From assembly GCA_000004985.1 (NCBI GenBank), contig GG738875.1: a stretch of DNA of 64,000 bases; one strand, 5' to 3'. This stretch comes from Naegleria gruberi. Its lineage: Eukaryota. This document shows positions 53,811 to 64,000 of this stretch, in pieces (position 1 is the first letter of the stretch; every line of letters begins with the position of its first letter). A program made the position numbers and the translations under genes. The notes under the pieces were generated by a model, which worked only from the letters and a program-made list of their open reading frames with translations, did not search any database and was not told the DNA's origin.

Positions 53811-54127
53811 ACCAATATATTCTCTCTAAAGAATAAAAAAAAAGCAGAAGAAGCAGAGAGCAATGTATTGACCATGTTTTCTGTTGTTTTTTTAACCTTT
53901 ATTAACCCGTTATTTGTCTTTATTTGGACAATTCAAAACTTGGAATTCTTCACTGGTGAATTTGTTGAACTTTTTCATCCAATTTTTTACTTAATGCTTA
54001 TAAAGAACTCACTTTGTCAATAAAGAATTAATGATAAGCAATTTTAAATTTTTCTGCAATTTTCCATCACAATTATTGTAAACAAAGTTCATCTCCTGTT
54101 GTAAACTCATTAAAAAAATAGCTCAAC

Positions 54128-55210
54128 ATGGTCTTTTTTCGCATGCCACAATATCTCAAGCAACCGACAAGGGAAGAGCGAACACCCATCAAGGCTAAAA
54201 AAGAAGGACGTTCACCACTCCAATTATCTAGTCCCACTTCATTATTCGAAAGTAATGGAGAGTTGTATATTGTGGATAATTCTCAAGGAAAGGTTTATAA
54301 AACACTCCGAAATGGTCATGTAGTTGTGATTGCTGGAGGAGGAATGGAAACTAAAGATGGGAAGCCAGCACACGAGTCGAAATTGGAGGGACCTTTCGGG
54401 ATTTGTATTTCGAAAGGAAATGAAGTGTTTATTAGTGAAAGAGAAGGAAATCGTATTAGAAAGATTGATAGATTTGGAAATATTTATACTGTGGCAGGAA
54501 CTGGTGAGGCAGGTGATAATGAAGATGGAAATGCATTGGAATGTAAACTAAACGAACCTTGTGGAATAATAATTAATGAACTAGATCAAATAATTTTTGC
54601 TGATAAAGAAAATGGAAAGATTAGAATGATACAATCGGATGGAAATATCAAGACATTACTATCGGAAACATATTACATTACTAATTTATGTCAAGATGAA
54701 AGTGGAATCATTTACTTTGCCACCAGATCAACAATTTCCAAACTATTCCCGAATGGAAATGTCGAAACATGCGAAAGAAAGTTACAGAAACAAACTCCTG
54801 GCAAGATTTATCCATTCACTGATCTGCAATCTCATACACCATTCGATATCAAAATTAGAAATGGAATTGTACATTATTCAGAAAGATTATTCTTGAGAAA
54901 TTTTGATCCCATGAATGGAAATGATAATGTTCTAGCTAAATTGGATGCTGTTCAAAAACCATTAACGAAAAAGATTCACAAGAAGAATTTTGTGGCAATT
55001 TGTCCGTCCAATGATGGAACTGTCTACATGTCAGATGATATGAGAGGAACTATTTGGAGACAAGGTCCACAACCTCATGTACTTAAAGAATTGATGGTAA
55101 AATGTGAAATACCTTTCAATTTTAAAGATTATCCACATATTGGACCTAGAAAGAGGATTGTAGAGAGATGTGAGAAATTTTCTGATGTTGTAATTTCATT
55201 TTCTAATTGA
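54128..55210 (+). CDS. NHL-repeat beta-propeller protein
   Basis: It contains repeated NHL-like units (GPFGICISKGNEVFISEREGNRIRKIDRFGNIYTVAG, LNEPCGIIINELDQIIFADKENGKIRMIQSDGNI). There is no signal peptide. Confidence 0.55.
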   Translation: MVFFRMPQYLKQPTREERTPIKAKKEGRSPLQLSSPTSLFESNGELYIVDNSQGKVYKTLRNGHVVVIAGGGMETKDGKPAHESKLEGPFGICISKGNEVFISEREGNRIRKIDRFGNIYTVAGTGEAGDNEDGNALECKLNEPCGIIINELDQIIFADKENGKIRMIQSDGNIKTLLSETYYITNLCQDESGIIYFATRSTISKLFPNGNVETCERKLQKQTPGKIYPFTDLQSHTPFDIKIRNGIVHYSERLFLRNFDPMNGNDNVLAKLDAVQKPLTKKIHKKNFVAICPSNDGTVYMSDDMRGTIWRQGPQPHVLKELMVKCEIPFNFKDYPHIGPRKRIVERCEKFSDVVISFSN

Positions 55211-55311
55211 ATTAATATTTATTCGAAATGGAATTGAGAAACGATAAGGAAATTATTATCAAAGAATTTCAGTTGGAGATGAATCTGATTAAATAAAAGA
55301 AATATAATATA

Positions 55312-58300
55312 TTAATTAATTTTCTCAATGATCGTGTCAGTGCTGTAACTTGCCAATTCTAAATTACTTTCCTTATCTTTCATAGTTCTCTTCAATTTTC
55401 TAGATTTCATTTTCAATTTCTGATAATAATCAGGCCAAACCATATTCTTAAAACCTGTCAAGGCAATATCAATTCCCAAACAAGTGACAGTACACAACAA
55501 GAGAATTAACCAGAATTTAGGAGATCTCATTGCCTCAAACCAAACACTTGTCATACTTGATTGAATTATTGTGAAAATTACAACGAAAATAACAAATGAC
55601 AAGATTGAAAATATCATTCCAGCATGATGAATAATTGTCAAATGCTCCATTTCAATATAACACTTGAGAGTAATGACAACAAACACGCAGGTATACAATA
55701 AGGCACACATTGCCCAAATTCCATCCGATTGACCATTTGTTAGTAATCCTGGCTCAGCTGCATAGGTACAGAAAAAGAAAATGATTGTTCCATGTAGGAA
55801 TGCTCCAAATACCCATTTTGAAAAGGTATACCAATTGAAAATGTTATCAGTTTTCAATTTTCTATAAAGAATAGGTCCAGTTTCTGAATCTTCCAAATAA
55901 CTTTCATCAATATCCTTTTCGAATAATCCAAAAACAATTGGGTTGACCAAAGTAAATACATAATTTTGAAATGTCAAGACCAATGATTCAATATTCAATT
56001 GTCCAGAGCACAAATTATAAAAGAAATAAATGGTCATCAAGCTAGACACTACATTACTCTTATAGAATGAATATTGAATAAAGACAGCTGATCTCTTATA
56101 TGAATATCTTCCATGAACTGCCAGTAATCGTTTCAACATGTGGAATTTAGGAATGGCATAGTCAGACGATTGTTTTGCAAGAGTTCCTTCTTTTCCTATA
56201 ATACCTACACCTACTTGAGATTTCAAAATCATTGGAACTGAAATAATTGTAATGTTGTTTTGTAAAATTGTTGAAAAATGTGAAAAAACTTACCATCGTT
56301 GGCACCATCACCAATAGCGAGACAATTCTTTTTCAATTTGTGTCTTGCCAATTCGACAATTCTTGATTTTTGCTTTGGAGTTGATCTGAAACAAATGACA
56401 GTTTTGCATTTTTGTAATAATTTGACAAGTAATGAAACAGTGTCAGGTTTTTCACATATATGTAAGAAATGGCCTTCTACTGCGAGTTCTACATTATCCC
56501 TTGATTCAGTTTCTTGTAAAATTTCGGAAAGTTTCGAATGAATATTTTCCTCTTTAACACTGGAAGAATCTAAAAGTATTAAATCAGATTCCTTTTCGAT
56601 GAGTTTTGAACATCTTGCAATGTGTAAAGCAGATTCTTTGGCATCTCCTGTCAACATCCAAATCTTTAAACCAGCTTCTGTGAAAAATTTGACAGTTTCT
56701 GGAACCAATTGTTGTAAACTATTAAAAATATTACAAAAAATTGTAAACGTGCATTACTTACACATCTTCAATACCAGTTACTCCACAAGGTAATAAACCA
56801 ACTTCCATTTCCTTTTCCAATCTTTGAGACAATTCCAATTGTTCATCATGATTCAAACTCTTTGTTTTCAAAGCATGATAATCTTCCATCCACTGTTTCA
56901 ATTGATCATTTCCCACAAATTTAAAAGCAAACACCAAGGATCTTAAACCATCTTTAGAAAATTCCATAACTCTATCTTCCATTAATTGTCTATTTTCCTT
57001 GGCTGATTCTTCCATGAAAGGATAAACGAAAGAATCTGCTCCCTTAGTAAGACACAACACAATGTCACTTTCACCATTCGAATTGTGAATGGTTGAAGTG
57101 GCTGATTGAATGATGGGATAGTCGTTGAGGAAATCTTTTGGAATTTTGAAGAGAACTGACATTCTCTTTCTCTCTGGTGTAAATTCCAATTCTGCCAATC
57201 TTTCGAATGTGTATTCCTTTTCGAATAGGGAGAGAATTGTCTTTTTGTCTGAGAAATACTTGAGAATGAAACCGTAATTGGAAATTCCTTGAACCAGAGC
57301 TACTTCATCTGATGATTCTCCATCATAGGTTTCCCTTTCTTTCGACTTTCGAATAGTTACATTGTGACACAGTGAAATGTTCAACATGAGCATTAATTTA
57401 GTCAGGGAATCTCTCGATTGTTGGCCATTTCTAATCGATTCCTCAATACTTGAATCACAATTAAACGAAGAATGTCCAACAGCCCAAATCTTTTTCAATT
57501 TCATTTCATTTTCAGTCAATGTTCCAGTCTTGTCTGTCAAAATCAATTCAATTCTTGCCAAATCAGAATGCAAATCACTCGAAATTGCAGCAGACGAAAC
57601 AAATTTCTCCTCTCCAGTATGAACATCCATCATTCTATGAACTAGCTCATTATCTGCTGAAATGAACCTCGCTTGAATAATCTTTAAAAATTCCAAAACA
57701 ACAAACAATGAAGCAGGCACGTAAACATTCAAAGCTGCAATATAAACTAAAATCGAGTGAACCACCCATAATCCATCAGAAATTCCCATTGGTTTCAATT
57801 TACCCAAATAGGCAACATTTTTCGAATAAGTAAATTCATAGTATGCATTCAATATTACTAAAATGGAAATAATGACTGTCATGAAAATGAAAAGGACAAC
57901 AGTAAAGAAATTTCCCATCAAATTAACGTGAGAAAATTTGACTTTTGGATTTGGAACATTTCTTGCAACTTTTGTATCTTTTCCTGCATAGATTACAATT
58001 CCATAAATATGTGGAGATTTGAGTTTTGCTCCTTTTAGTAGTAAATTTTGATGATTAATACCAAATTCATTATTTTCACCTTCTAAACAAACACTTCCTT
58101 TGAATTTGTAAAGATTGTGATCTGGCATTTGACATTTAATCCATCCTTTCAAATCTTTTAACATGTCAATATTATTAAATTTAGATAAACTATGAGGAGA
58201 ATATCTACTTTTCAATGCAGATTCACCATCCAAATTAGCTGTTTCAATATTACAACTTCCATCCTCAAAATTAGACGAAACTAACAGCAAATCAGCTGGA

Positions 58301-58911
58301 AATTCTTCATCTTCCTCAATTTTCACCAAATCTCCAACTTTAACATGTTTCGTATAAATTTCTACAAAGTCCAAATATTGAGTAATTGAATTCCCATCCT
58401 GTTTAAGAGATCTACTCTTCAGAACGAGAACTTTCTTGTGATTTACTTTTCGATCTTTGAGATAACGAAAGAAATCTTCACCTCCCTCTCTTACAATATT
58501 TACAACAAGGATGATGATGATTGGGATTTGTGCTAGGATTGGACTTGAAGGCCAAACTCCTGGAATCCAAGCAATGATGGCGATGAAAAGAAAATAAAGG
58601 TTTCCGATTTTTTTCATTTGTTGAAATAAGTTTAGGATTAGAAAATTCCACCAAGTATACTATCGGAAAGGTCAGTTTCAGAATGTTTCATCAGATGAGT
58701 TGAAATTTAAAGATAAACTCCGATTCGCTCGCGAGTAGATGAAACATACCTTTGTAGTACTCAAATAATTCGTAGACGAAAATTGACGAAACGGAAGGAA
58801 ACCCCACTTTTTAATTCTTCTCTTCTTATTGGTTTGCCAATCATTGATCGATACAACATAGGGATAATTATCTTGTTGCTGGTGATCAAAACTAATGGGT
58901 TTCTCTTGCAT
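55312..58911 (-). CDS. P4-type ATPase (phospholipid flippase); four exons, approximately complement(58750..58911), complement(56761..58659), complement(56294..56717), complement(55312..56237)
   Basis: Exon 1 (MQEKPISFDHQQQDNYPYVVSINDWQTNKKRRIKKWGFLPFRQFSSTNYLSTTK|gtatgt) joins YTWWNFLILNLFQQMKKIGNLYFLF, reconstituting the P4 N-terminal consensus N.I.T.KYT...FLP..LF.QF.R.AN.YFL. Exon 2 carries the phosphorylation site DKTGTLTEN and ends GIEDV|gtaagt. A 43-nt intron follows. Exon 3 (LQQLVPETVKFF...GLKIWMLTGD...AIGDGAND) ends G|gtaagt. A 56-nt intron follows. Exon 4 reads VPMILKSQVGVGIIGKEG...SDYAIPKFHMLKRLLAVHGRYSYKRS and the C-terminal TMs. Confidence 0.8.
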
Positions 58912-59636
58912 TTTTTTATCTGAAAGGTTTCACCTGAAGTTGACAGTGTAGAAACTTCCAACTGGTTAAAAGCTGTTCATATAAGAGATGTTTCCTTATA
59001 AATCAAATTATTGTCAAATCGTACGTAATCCGACTTTCGTCTCTGTTATTGGAAAGTAAATGAGTTTTTGTAATTGACATTCGTTTACAGTTATTGGAAA
59101 CTTACTTTACACAAAATAGTTATCCAGTTTAATGCCAGGCATTCATATCTAACTCCCACCATTTACTAACTATCCAATTCAAAGTTTAAATGATTTTAAA
59201 TAAAAAATAAATTAATTAAAAATGTAATTGTACAATTTTTATATTTACAGTTCAATTCTTTGTAAATAGAGATTCATCTTAGTAAGCCATTTAGTTGACC
59301 TATTCTTTCCACTGTTCGTCAAATTTCCGAACCAAATAAGGACTCCTAACCAAATGCATCTCATCAATATTCAAAAAAATTCAAAAAAATTCAAATCTTT
59401 CGCGAATCACACAACAAACATTCTGATTCAGATCGGCTTGCCTCCTCTCTGCGTATCTGTAGTGTTGTTCTTCAAGCTTCTTTTTGTTTTTGGTGTAAAT
59501 TGATTCCGAGAATTTTTGTGTGAGAATACAACACGAGAATATTTTGTTATTGCTCTTGTTTATTGTGTTCCTTTTTATTGTTAAAGTTGTAGTGGTAGTA
59601 GAGTAGTAGAATATATAGAGGGTATTGTTATTGAGA

Positions 59637-60576
59637 ATGTCGGATTGTGATTTTTTGTATAAAGGTAGGAAGAAGTAATTTTAGAAATATTAATATTTAA
59701 TAATTATTTGATGATTGTGATGATGAATGTATAATGATGAAATAATATTTGATGATGATAATTTTAATAATGTGTGGTGGTGAATGATGAATAGTGGTTG
59801 TATTGGGTGATTCGGGTGTTGGAAAATCGAATTTAATTATCAGATTTACAAAGAATATTTTCAATACACAACCAAAACCAACGATAGGTGTAGAATTTGC
59901 ATCAAAATCAATCTCGTATGATGGTGCTACGATCAAGGGACAAATATGGGACACGTATGTTGTTGATAATTTATATGAATTTAGTTGAATTTACAAAATA
60001 TTAATAATTTAATAATGATTGAATATATGTGTTTATTATCATGATTCAAGTGCTGGACAAGAGAGATTTCATGCTGTATCTGTTCAGTATCATCGTGGAG
60101 CTCATGGAGCATTGATGGTTTATGATATTACCAATAAGGAATCATTTGAACATTTGGAAAAGTGGTTTAATGAAATTAGTAAACAAGGAGAGGAAGGATG
60201 TATCTATATTGTAATCGGAAATAAGTGTGACTTGGCAGGTCAGAGACAAGTCACTGAAGAGGAAGGTAAAATTTTTGCAGAAAAGAGAAATCTACTATTT
60301 ATGGAAACATCAGCATTGGACTCGACAAATGTGGAGGAAGCATTCTCAGTGCTGTTGAAGAATATTTATCATACTAGAAAGCAAGCCAAACGAAATATTG
60401 AGGATGATGATATTTCAGAACCTATTCGAGTACCACTCCCATCTCAACCATCCATATCTCAGGATGATTTGGGATCGAGTTATAAAGTCAGTTTGGATGT
60501 GTCACATCAACATCGTGCGCAGATGACAGCTACACATCAAACAACTAGAACCAATAATTCAACATGTTGTAAATAA
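59637..60576 (+). CDS. Rab-family small GTPase; three exons, approximately 59637..59664, 59795..59954, 60050..60576
   Basis: A 28-nt first exon (ATGTCGGATTGTGATTTTTTGTATAAAG = MSDCDFLYK) ends G|gtagga. A roughly 130-nt intron follows. Exon 2 reads (V)[23 protein letters not shown]...[11 protein letters not shown]...IWDT and ends AC|gtatgt. Exon 3 begins after ttcaag with (T)[27 protein letters not shown]...GNKCDL...ETSAL and has a C-terminal CCK prenylation motif. It has Rab11-like RabF/SF motifs. The tracked Ms at 59794 and 60019 are GTG and TTG. Confidence 0.75.
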
Positions 60577-60727
60577 TTTTTTTAATTTATGAAATCAAAA
60601 TAGATATTTAAGGAAAATAAATATCAATTGTACAATCCCAAAAGAATTTGCCATGGTTGAAAATATATATTATTTGAATTAGTTGATTGAACAAATGACC
60701 TAATTTGTACTTTGGAAAAGAGATTTA

Positions 60728-63700
60728 TTAACACCAAATCATTTGAACGAGCAAGATGACAATGCAATAGAATGAAAGATGGGTTGCATTTGCAGATGCT
60801 AACTTGAAACTTCCCTGAGGAGTGGTAATGTTTGAATTTTGAACCTTTACAGATTGACTTGGTTTTGGGCCAGGTTTTGGAGAAGGTTTAGGAGAAGGAC
60901 TTGAAGATTGTTGAGGAATTGGAGAAGGTTTAGGGGAAGGTTGTGGAGAAGGAACAGGTACCATTGAAGAACAGTTGAGTCCTGTGAAACCTGCAAAACA
61001 AGTGCAAGTATCTGGTTTGGAACAATTTCCATGTCCAGAACAAACCAAGCTGTCACTTTCAGTCTTACCGTAACAAACAACTTGTTCACACTCTTTACCT
61101 GTATAACCAACATTACAAGTGCATTGATCATGGCCACTACAGCTTCCTCTTCCACCACATACAGAAATAGAGTTTGAGGGTATACTAAAGCAGGTAGTCA
61201 ATGAACAATCTACACCAAACCAATTTTCAGGGCAAGAAACTGATTTATGCTCACAGTTACTGCCATAATAACCATCTTTACATGTACAATTATTAAATGA
61301 AGAACAAGTTCCATTACCTGAGCATACATTTGAGTTAACTTTTGATATACCATAACAATCATACATTTCACAATTGGATCCATAATATCCAATTTCACAA
61401 GTACAATTGTTTGGAGAAGCACATTTTCCTTTTCCAGAACAAACAGTATTATTCATAAAATGTACTCCATAACAATTAAATTGATTGCAACTGCTTCCAA
61501 AATATTCATCAATGCAAGAACAGTTATTTGGAGATGGACACGATCCATGTGATGAACATACATTAGTGTCTGTTTTTGATACTCCATAACAATTGAAATT
61601 TTCACAATTATTACCAAAATAATCTTGTTGACAGGTGCAATTATTCAAAGAAGAGCAAACACCATTACCTGAACACACATTAGAGTTGGATTTTGCAAAA
61701 CCATTACAATCATACATTTCACAATTGCTGCCATAGTAACCTTGTTGACAGGTGCAGTTATTGGATGAAACACAAGTTCCATGACTTGAACAAACACTTG
61801 AATTCAATTTAGAAATATTATCACAATCATATATTTCACAATTACTGCCATAGTAACCTTGTTGGCAAGTACAATTATTGAATGAAGAACAAACTCCATG
61901 AGCTGAGCATACATTTGAGTTAACTTTTGATATACCATAACAATCATACATTTCACAATTGGATCCATAATATCCAATTTCACATGTACAATTATTTGGA
62001 GAAGCACATTTTCCTTTTCCAGAACACACAGAAGCATTACTAAACTTAACATTGAAACACTTGAAATCTTCACAATTAATTCCAAAATATTCATCAATGC
62101 AAGAACAGTTATTTGGAGATAGACATGATCCATGTGATGAACATACATTAGTGTCTGTTTTTGATACTCCATAACAATTGAAAATTTCACAATTATTACC
62201 ATAATAATCTTGTTGACAGGTGCAATTATCGAATGAAGTGCAAACACCATGACCTGAACATGTATTTGAGTTGTTTTTGGATAAGCCATAACAATTATAC
62301 ATTTCACAATTGGATCCATAATAACCAATTTCACAAGTGCAATTATTTGGAGAAGCACATTTTCCTTTTCCAGAACACACAGAAGCATTACTAAACTTAA
62401 CATTGAAACACTTGAACTCTTCACAATCATTACCAAAATAGCCTTCAAAACAAGAGCAATTATTTGGAGAGTTGCAAGTACCATGAGAAGAACACACCAT
62501 TGTGTTTTTAGAACTAATACCGTTACAGACCACGTCTTGACAATACGAACCAGAGTATCCAGCATTACAAGTGCAGTTATTCATACCAACACAAGCTCCT
62601 ACCGATGAACATACTGTGCTAGAGTTGAAAGGAATAGAGTTACAATAAAAGTATTGACAAGTTTCACCATAATAACCACTTGCACAAGAACAATTATTTG
62701 GAGATGCACAACTTCCATGGGATGAGCAAACGTTTGATTGATTATTCAATAAACCATAGCAATAAAACTCCCCACAATTTGGACCAAAGTAATTGGTAGA
62801 GCACCAAGGAGTTAGGGTTCTAATCAGATTCATATCATTAATATAAATTTCACCAGTTGAACTAATGGCAACTCCAGTAGGATTAATTAATCTAACACTT
62901 GTTGCAAAACCATCACTAATGAAATTAGTGGATCCTATAATTCCATTTCCTGCAATCGTTGAAATAATACCAGTTGTTGTTATTCTACGAATTACATAAT
63001 TGGAAGTATCAGCAATATAAACTTCTCCACTTGAACTAATGGCAATTCCATTTGGATAATTTAATTGAGCACTTGTTGCCAAACCACCATCACCACTATA
63101 TCCAGAAAGTCCAGTTCCTGCAATTGTGGTGATATTTCCATCTGTTGTGATTTTACGAATTCTATTGTTAATTCTATCAGCAATATAAACTTCTCCACTT
63201 GAACTAATGGCAATTCCAGTAGGACTATTTAAATGAGCACTTGTTGCCAAACCACCATCGCCACCATATGCTGCAAGTCCAGTTCCTGCAATTGTTGAAA
63301 TAATACCACCTGTTGAGATTTTACGAATTCTATGATTGTTGGTGTCAGCAATATAAATTTCACCATTTGCAGAAAACTCAAAAGTAGTAGCAGAAATATA
63401 AGCTGCAGTTGCAGCTATTCCGTCGCCTATACCACCAACTACAGTAAAAATGTTTCCTGATGTAATTTTACGAATTCTATGATTGTTACTATCGGCAATA
63501 TAAATATCACTAGTTGAGCTAATGGCAACTCCAGTAGGAAAATATATCTTGGCACTTGTTGCCAAACCACCATCGCCACCATATGTAACAACTCCAGTTC
63601 CTGCAACGGTTGAAATAATACCAGATGTAGTAATTTTACGAATTCTATGATTGGCTCTATCGGCAACATAAATTTCACCAGTTGAACTAATGGCAACTCC

Positions 63701-63982
63701 AGAGGGAGTGTTTAACTTGGCACTTGTTGCCAAGCCACCATCACCACTATATCCATTAGTTCCAGTTCCTGCAATTGTTGAAATAATACCAGCTGTGGAA
63801 ATTTTACGAATTCTATGATTACCATAATCAGCAATATAAATTTCGCCAGTGGAACCAATGGCAATTCCAGTAGGAACGCTTAGTTTTGCACTTGTTGCCA
63901 AGCCACCATCACCACTATATCCATAAGTTCCAGTTCCTGCAATTGTTGAAATAATACCAGATGTTGTTACTTTACGAATCAC
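60728..63982 (-). CDS. large secreted/surface protein with N-terminal NHL repeats plus about 20 tenascin-type EGF-like repeats; the 5' end runs off the window
   Basis: The N-terminal half has many NHL units (GEIYIADYGNHRIRKISTAGIISTIAGTG...). The C-terminal half has C-x-GxGxC-x-C-x-GYYGxNCE EGF repeats, a P/S-rich stalk (PVPSPQPSPKPSPIP...) and a hydrophobic C-terminus (LSFYCIVILLVQMIWC) consistent with a GPI signal or TM. The ORF reaches position 63982 still open, near the window edge, so the N-terminus is probably truncated. Confidence 0.7.
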   Translation of the reverse strand: MIRKVTTSGIISTIAGTGTYGYSGDGGLATSAKLSVPTGIAIGSTGEIYIADYGNHRIRKISTAGIISTIAGTGTNGYSGDGGLATSAKLNTPSGVAISSTGEIYVADRANHRIRKITTSGIISTVAGTGVVTYGGDGGLATSAKIYFPTGVAISSTSDIYIADSNNHRIRKITSGNIFTVVGGIGDGIAATAAYISATTFEFSANGEIYIADTNNHRIRKISTGGIISTIAGTGLAAYGGDGGLATSAHLNSPTGIAISSSGEVYIADRINNRIRKITTDGNITTIAGTGLSGYSGDGGLATSAQLNYPNGIAISSSGEVYIADTSNYVIRRITTTGIISTIAGNGIIGSTNFISDGFATSVRLINPTGVAISSTGEIYINDMNLIRTLTPWCSTNYFGPNCGEFYCYGLLNNQSNVCSSHGSCASPNNCSCASGYYGETCQYFYCNSIPFNSSTVCSSVGACVGMNNCTCNAGYSGSYCQDVVCNGISSKNTMVCSSHGTCNSPNNCSCFEGYFGNDCEEFKCFNVKFSNASVCSGKGKCASPNNCTCEIGYYGSNCEMYNCYGLSKNNSNTCSGHGVCTSFDNCTCQQDYYGNNCEIFNCYGVSKTDTNVCSSHGSCLSPNNCSCIDEYFGINCEDFKCFNVKFSNASVCSGKGKCASPNNCTCEIGYYGSNCEMYDCYGISKVNSNVCSAHGVCSSFNNCTCQQGYYGSNCEIYDCDNISKLNSSVCSSHGTCVSSNNCTCQQGYYGSNCEMYDCNGFAKSNSNVCSGNGVCSSLNNCTCQQDYFGNNCENFNCYGVSKTDTNVCSSHGSCPSPNNCSCIDEYFGSSCNQFNCYGVHFMNNTVCSGKGKCASPNNCTCEIGYYGSNCEMYDCYGISKVNSNVCSGNGTCSSFNNCTCKDGYYGSNCEHKSVSCPENWFGVDCSLTTCFSIPSNSISVCGGRGSCSGHDQCTCNVGYTGKECEQVVCYGKTESDSLVCSGHGNCSKPDTCTCFAGFTGLNCSSMVPVPSPQPSPKPSPIPQQSSSPSPKPSPKPGPKPSQSVKVQNSNITTPQGSFKLASANATHLSFYCIVILLVQMIWC
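61200..62600. repeat. near-identical tandem duplication of EGF-repeat coding units inside the NHL/EGF gene
   Basis: DNA blocks such as 61321-61450 and 61921-62050 are almost identical; gcacattttccttttccagaaca recurs at about 61421, 62021 and 62351. The minus-strand antisense ORFs repeat the same peptide (…LSLVMLLCVLEKENVLLQII.HVKLDIMDPIVKCMIVMVYQKLTQMYAQ) three times. Confidence 0.7.
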
Positions 63983-64000
63983 ATTATTGTTAGTATCAAC

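Noticed and set aside
1-64000. Search for mobile elements, CRISPR arrays or operon-like prokaryotic systems
   Set aside because: No reverse transcriptase, integrase, transposase DDE motifs, LTR/TIR pairs or direct-repeat/spacer arrays were seen. Spliced genes, 5S and tRNAs make the eukaryotic nuclear context clear.

Overview
This window is eukaryotic nuclear DNA, AT-rich (roughly two-thirds A+T) and gene-dense on both strands, not a prokaryotic locus. Introns are very short (about 40-140 nt) with GTAAGT, GTATGT, GTAGGT, GTTTGT and GTTAGT donors and pyrimidine-AG acceptors. Codon usage (Arg=AGA, Gly=GGT/GGA, Pro=CCA, Gln=CAA) and N/S/Q-rich low-complexity tracts point to an amoeboid protist, such as a dictyostelid-like amoebozoan or Naegleria; I cannot place it more precisely. 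I can support about 35 protein-coding genes, two tRNA genes and one dispersed 5S rRNA gene. Several ORF-track entries are exons of larger genes or start on GTG/TTG rather than ATG. Where splice sites were rebuilt by hand I found 1-nt disagreements with the ORF track, so those coordinates are approximate (+/-2 nt). The main observations are: (1) a tandem pair of receptor-type class III nucleotidyl cyclases with an extracellular NMT1/SsuA/THI5-like solute-binding ectodomain, which is an unusual eukaryotic architecture, and a third PAS-plus-cyclase gene in the same window; (2) a ubiquitin-system neighbourhood containing two small paralogous F-box-like proteins in inverted orientation, an F-box/HMG-box fusion, a DEAH-helicase/RBR E3 fusion, a prolyl-4-hydroxylase/WD40 fusion and a USP deubiquitinase; (3) a tRNA-Ala(UGC) gene about 1 kb upstream of the alanyl-tRNA synthetase gene. 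No mobile elements, CRISPR arrays or prokaryotic operons were found.
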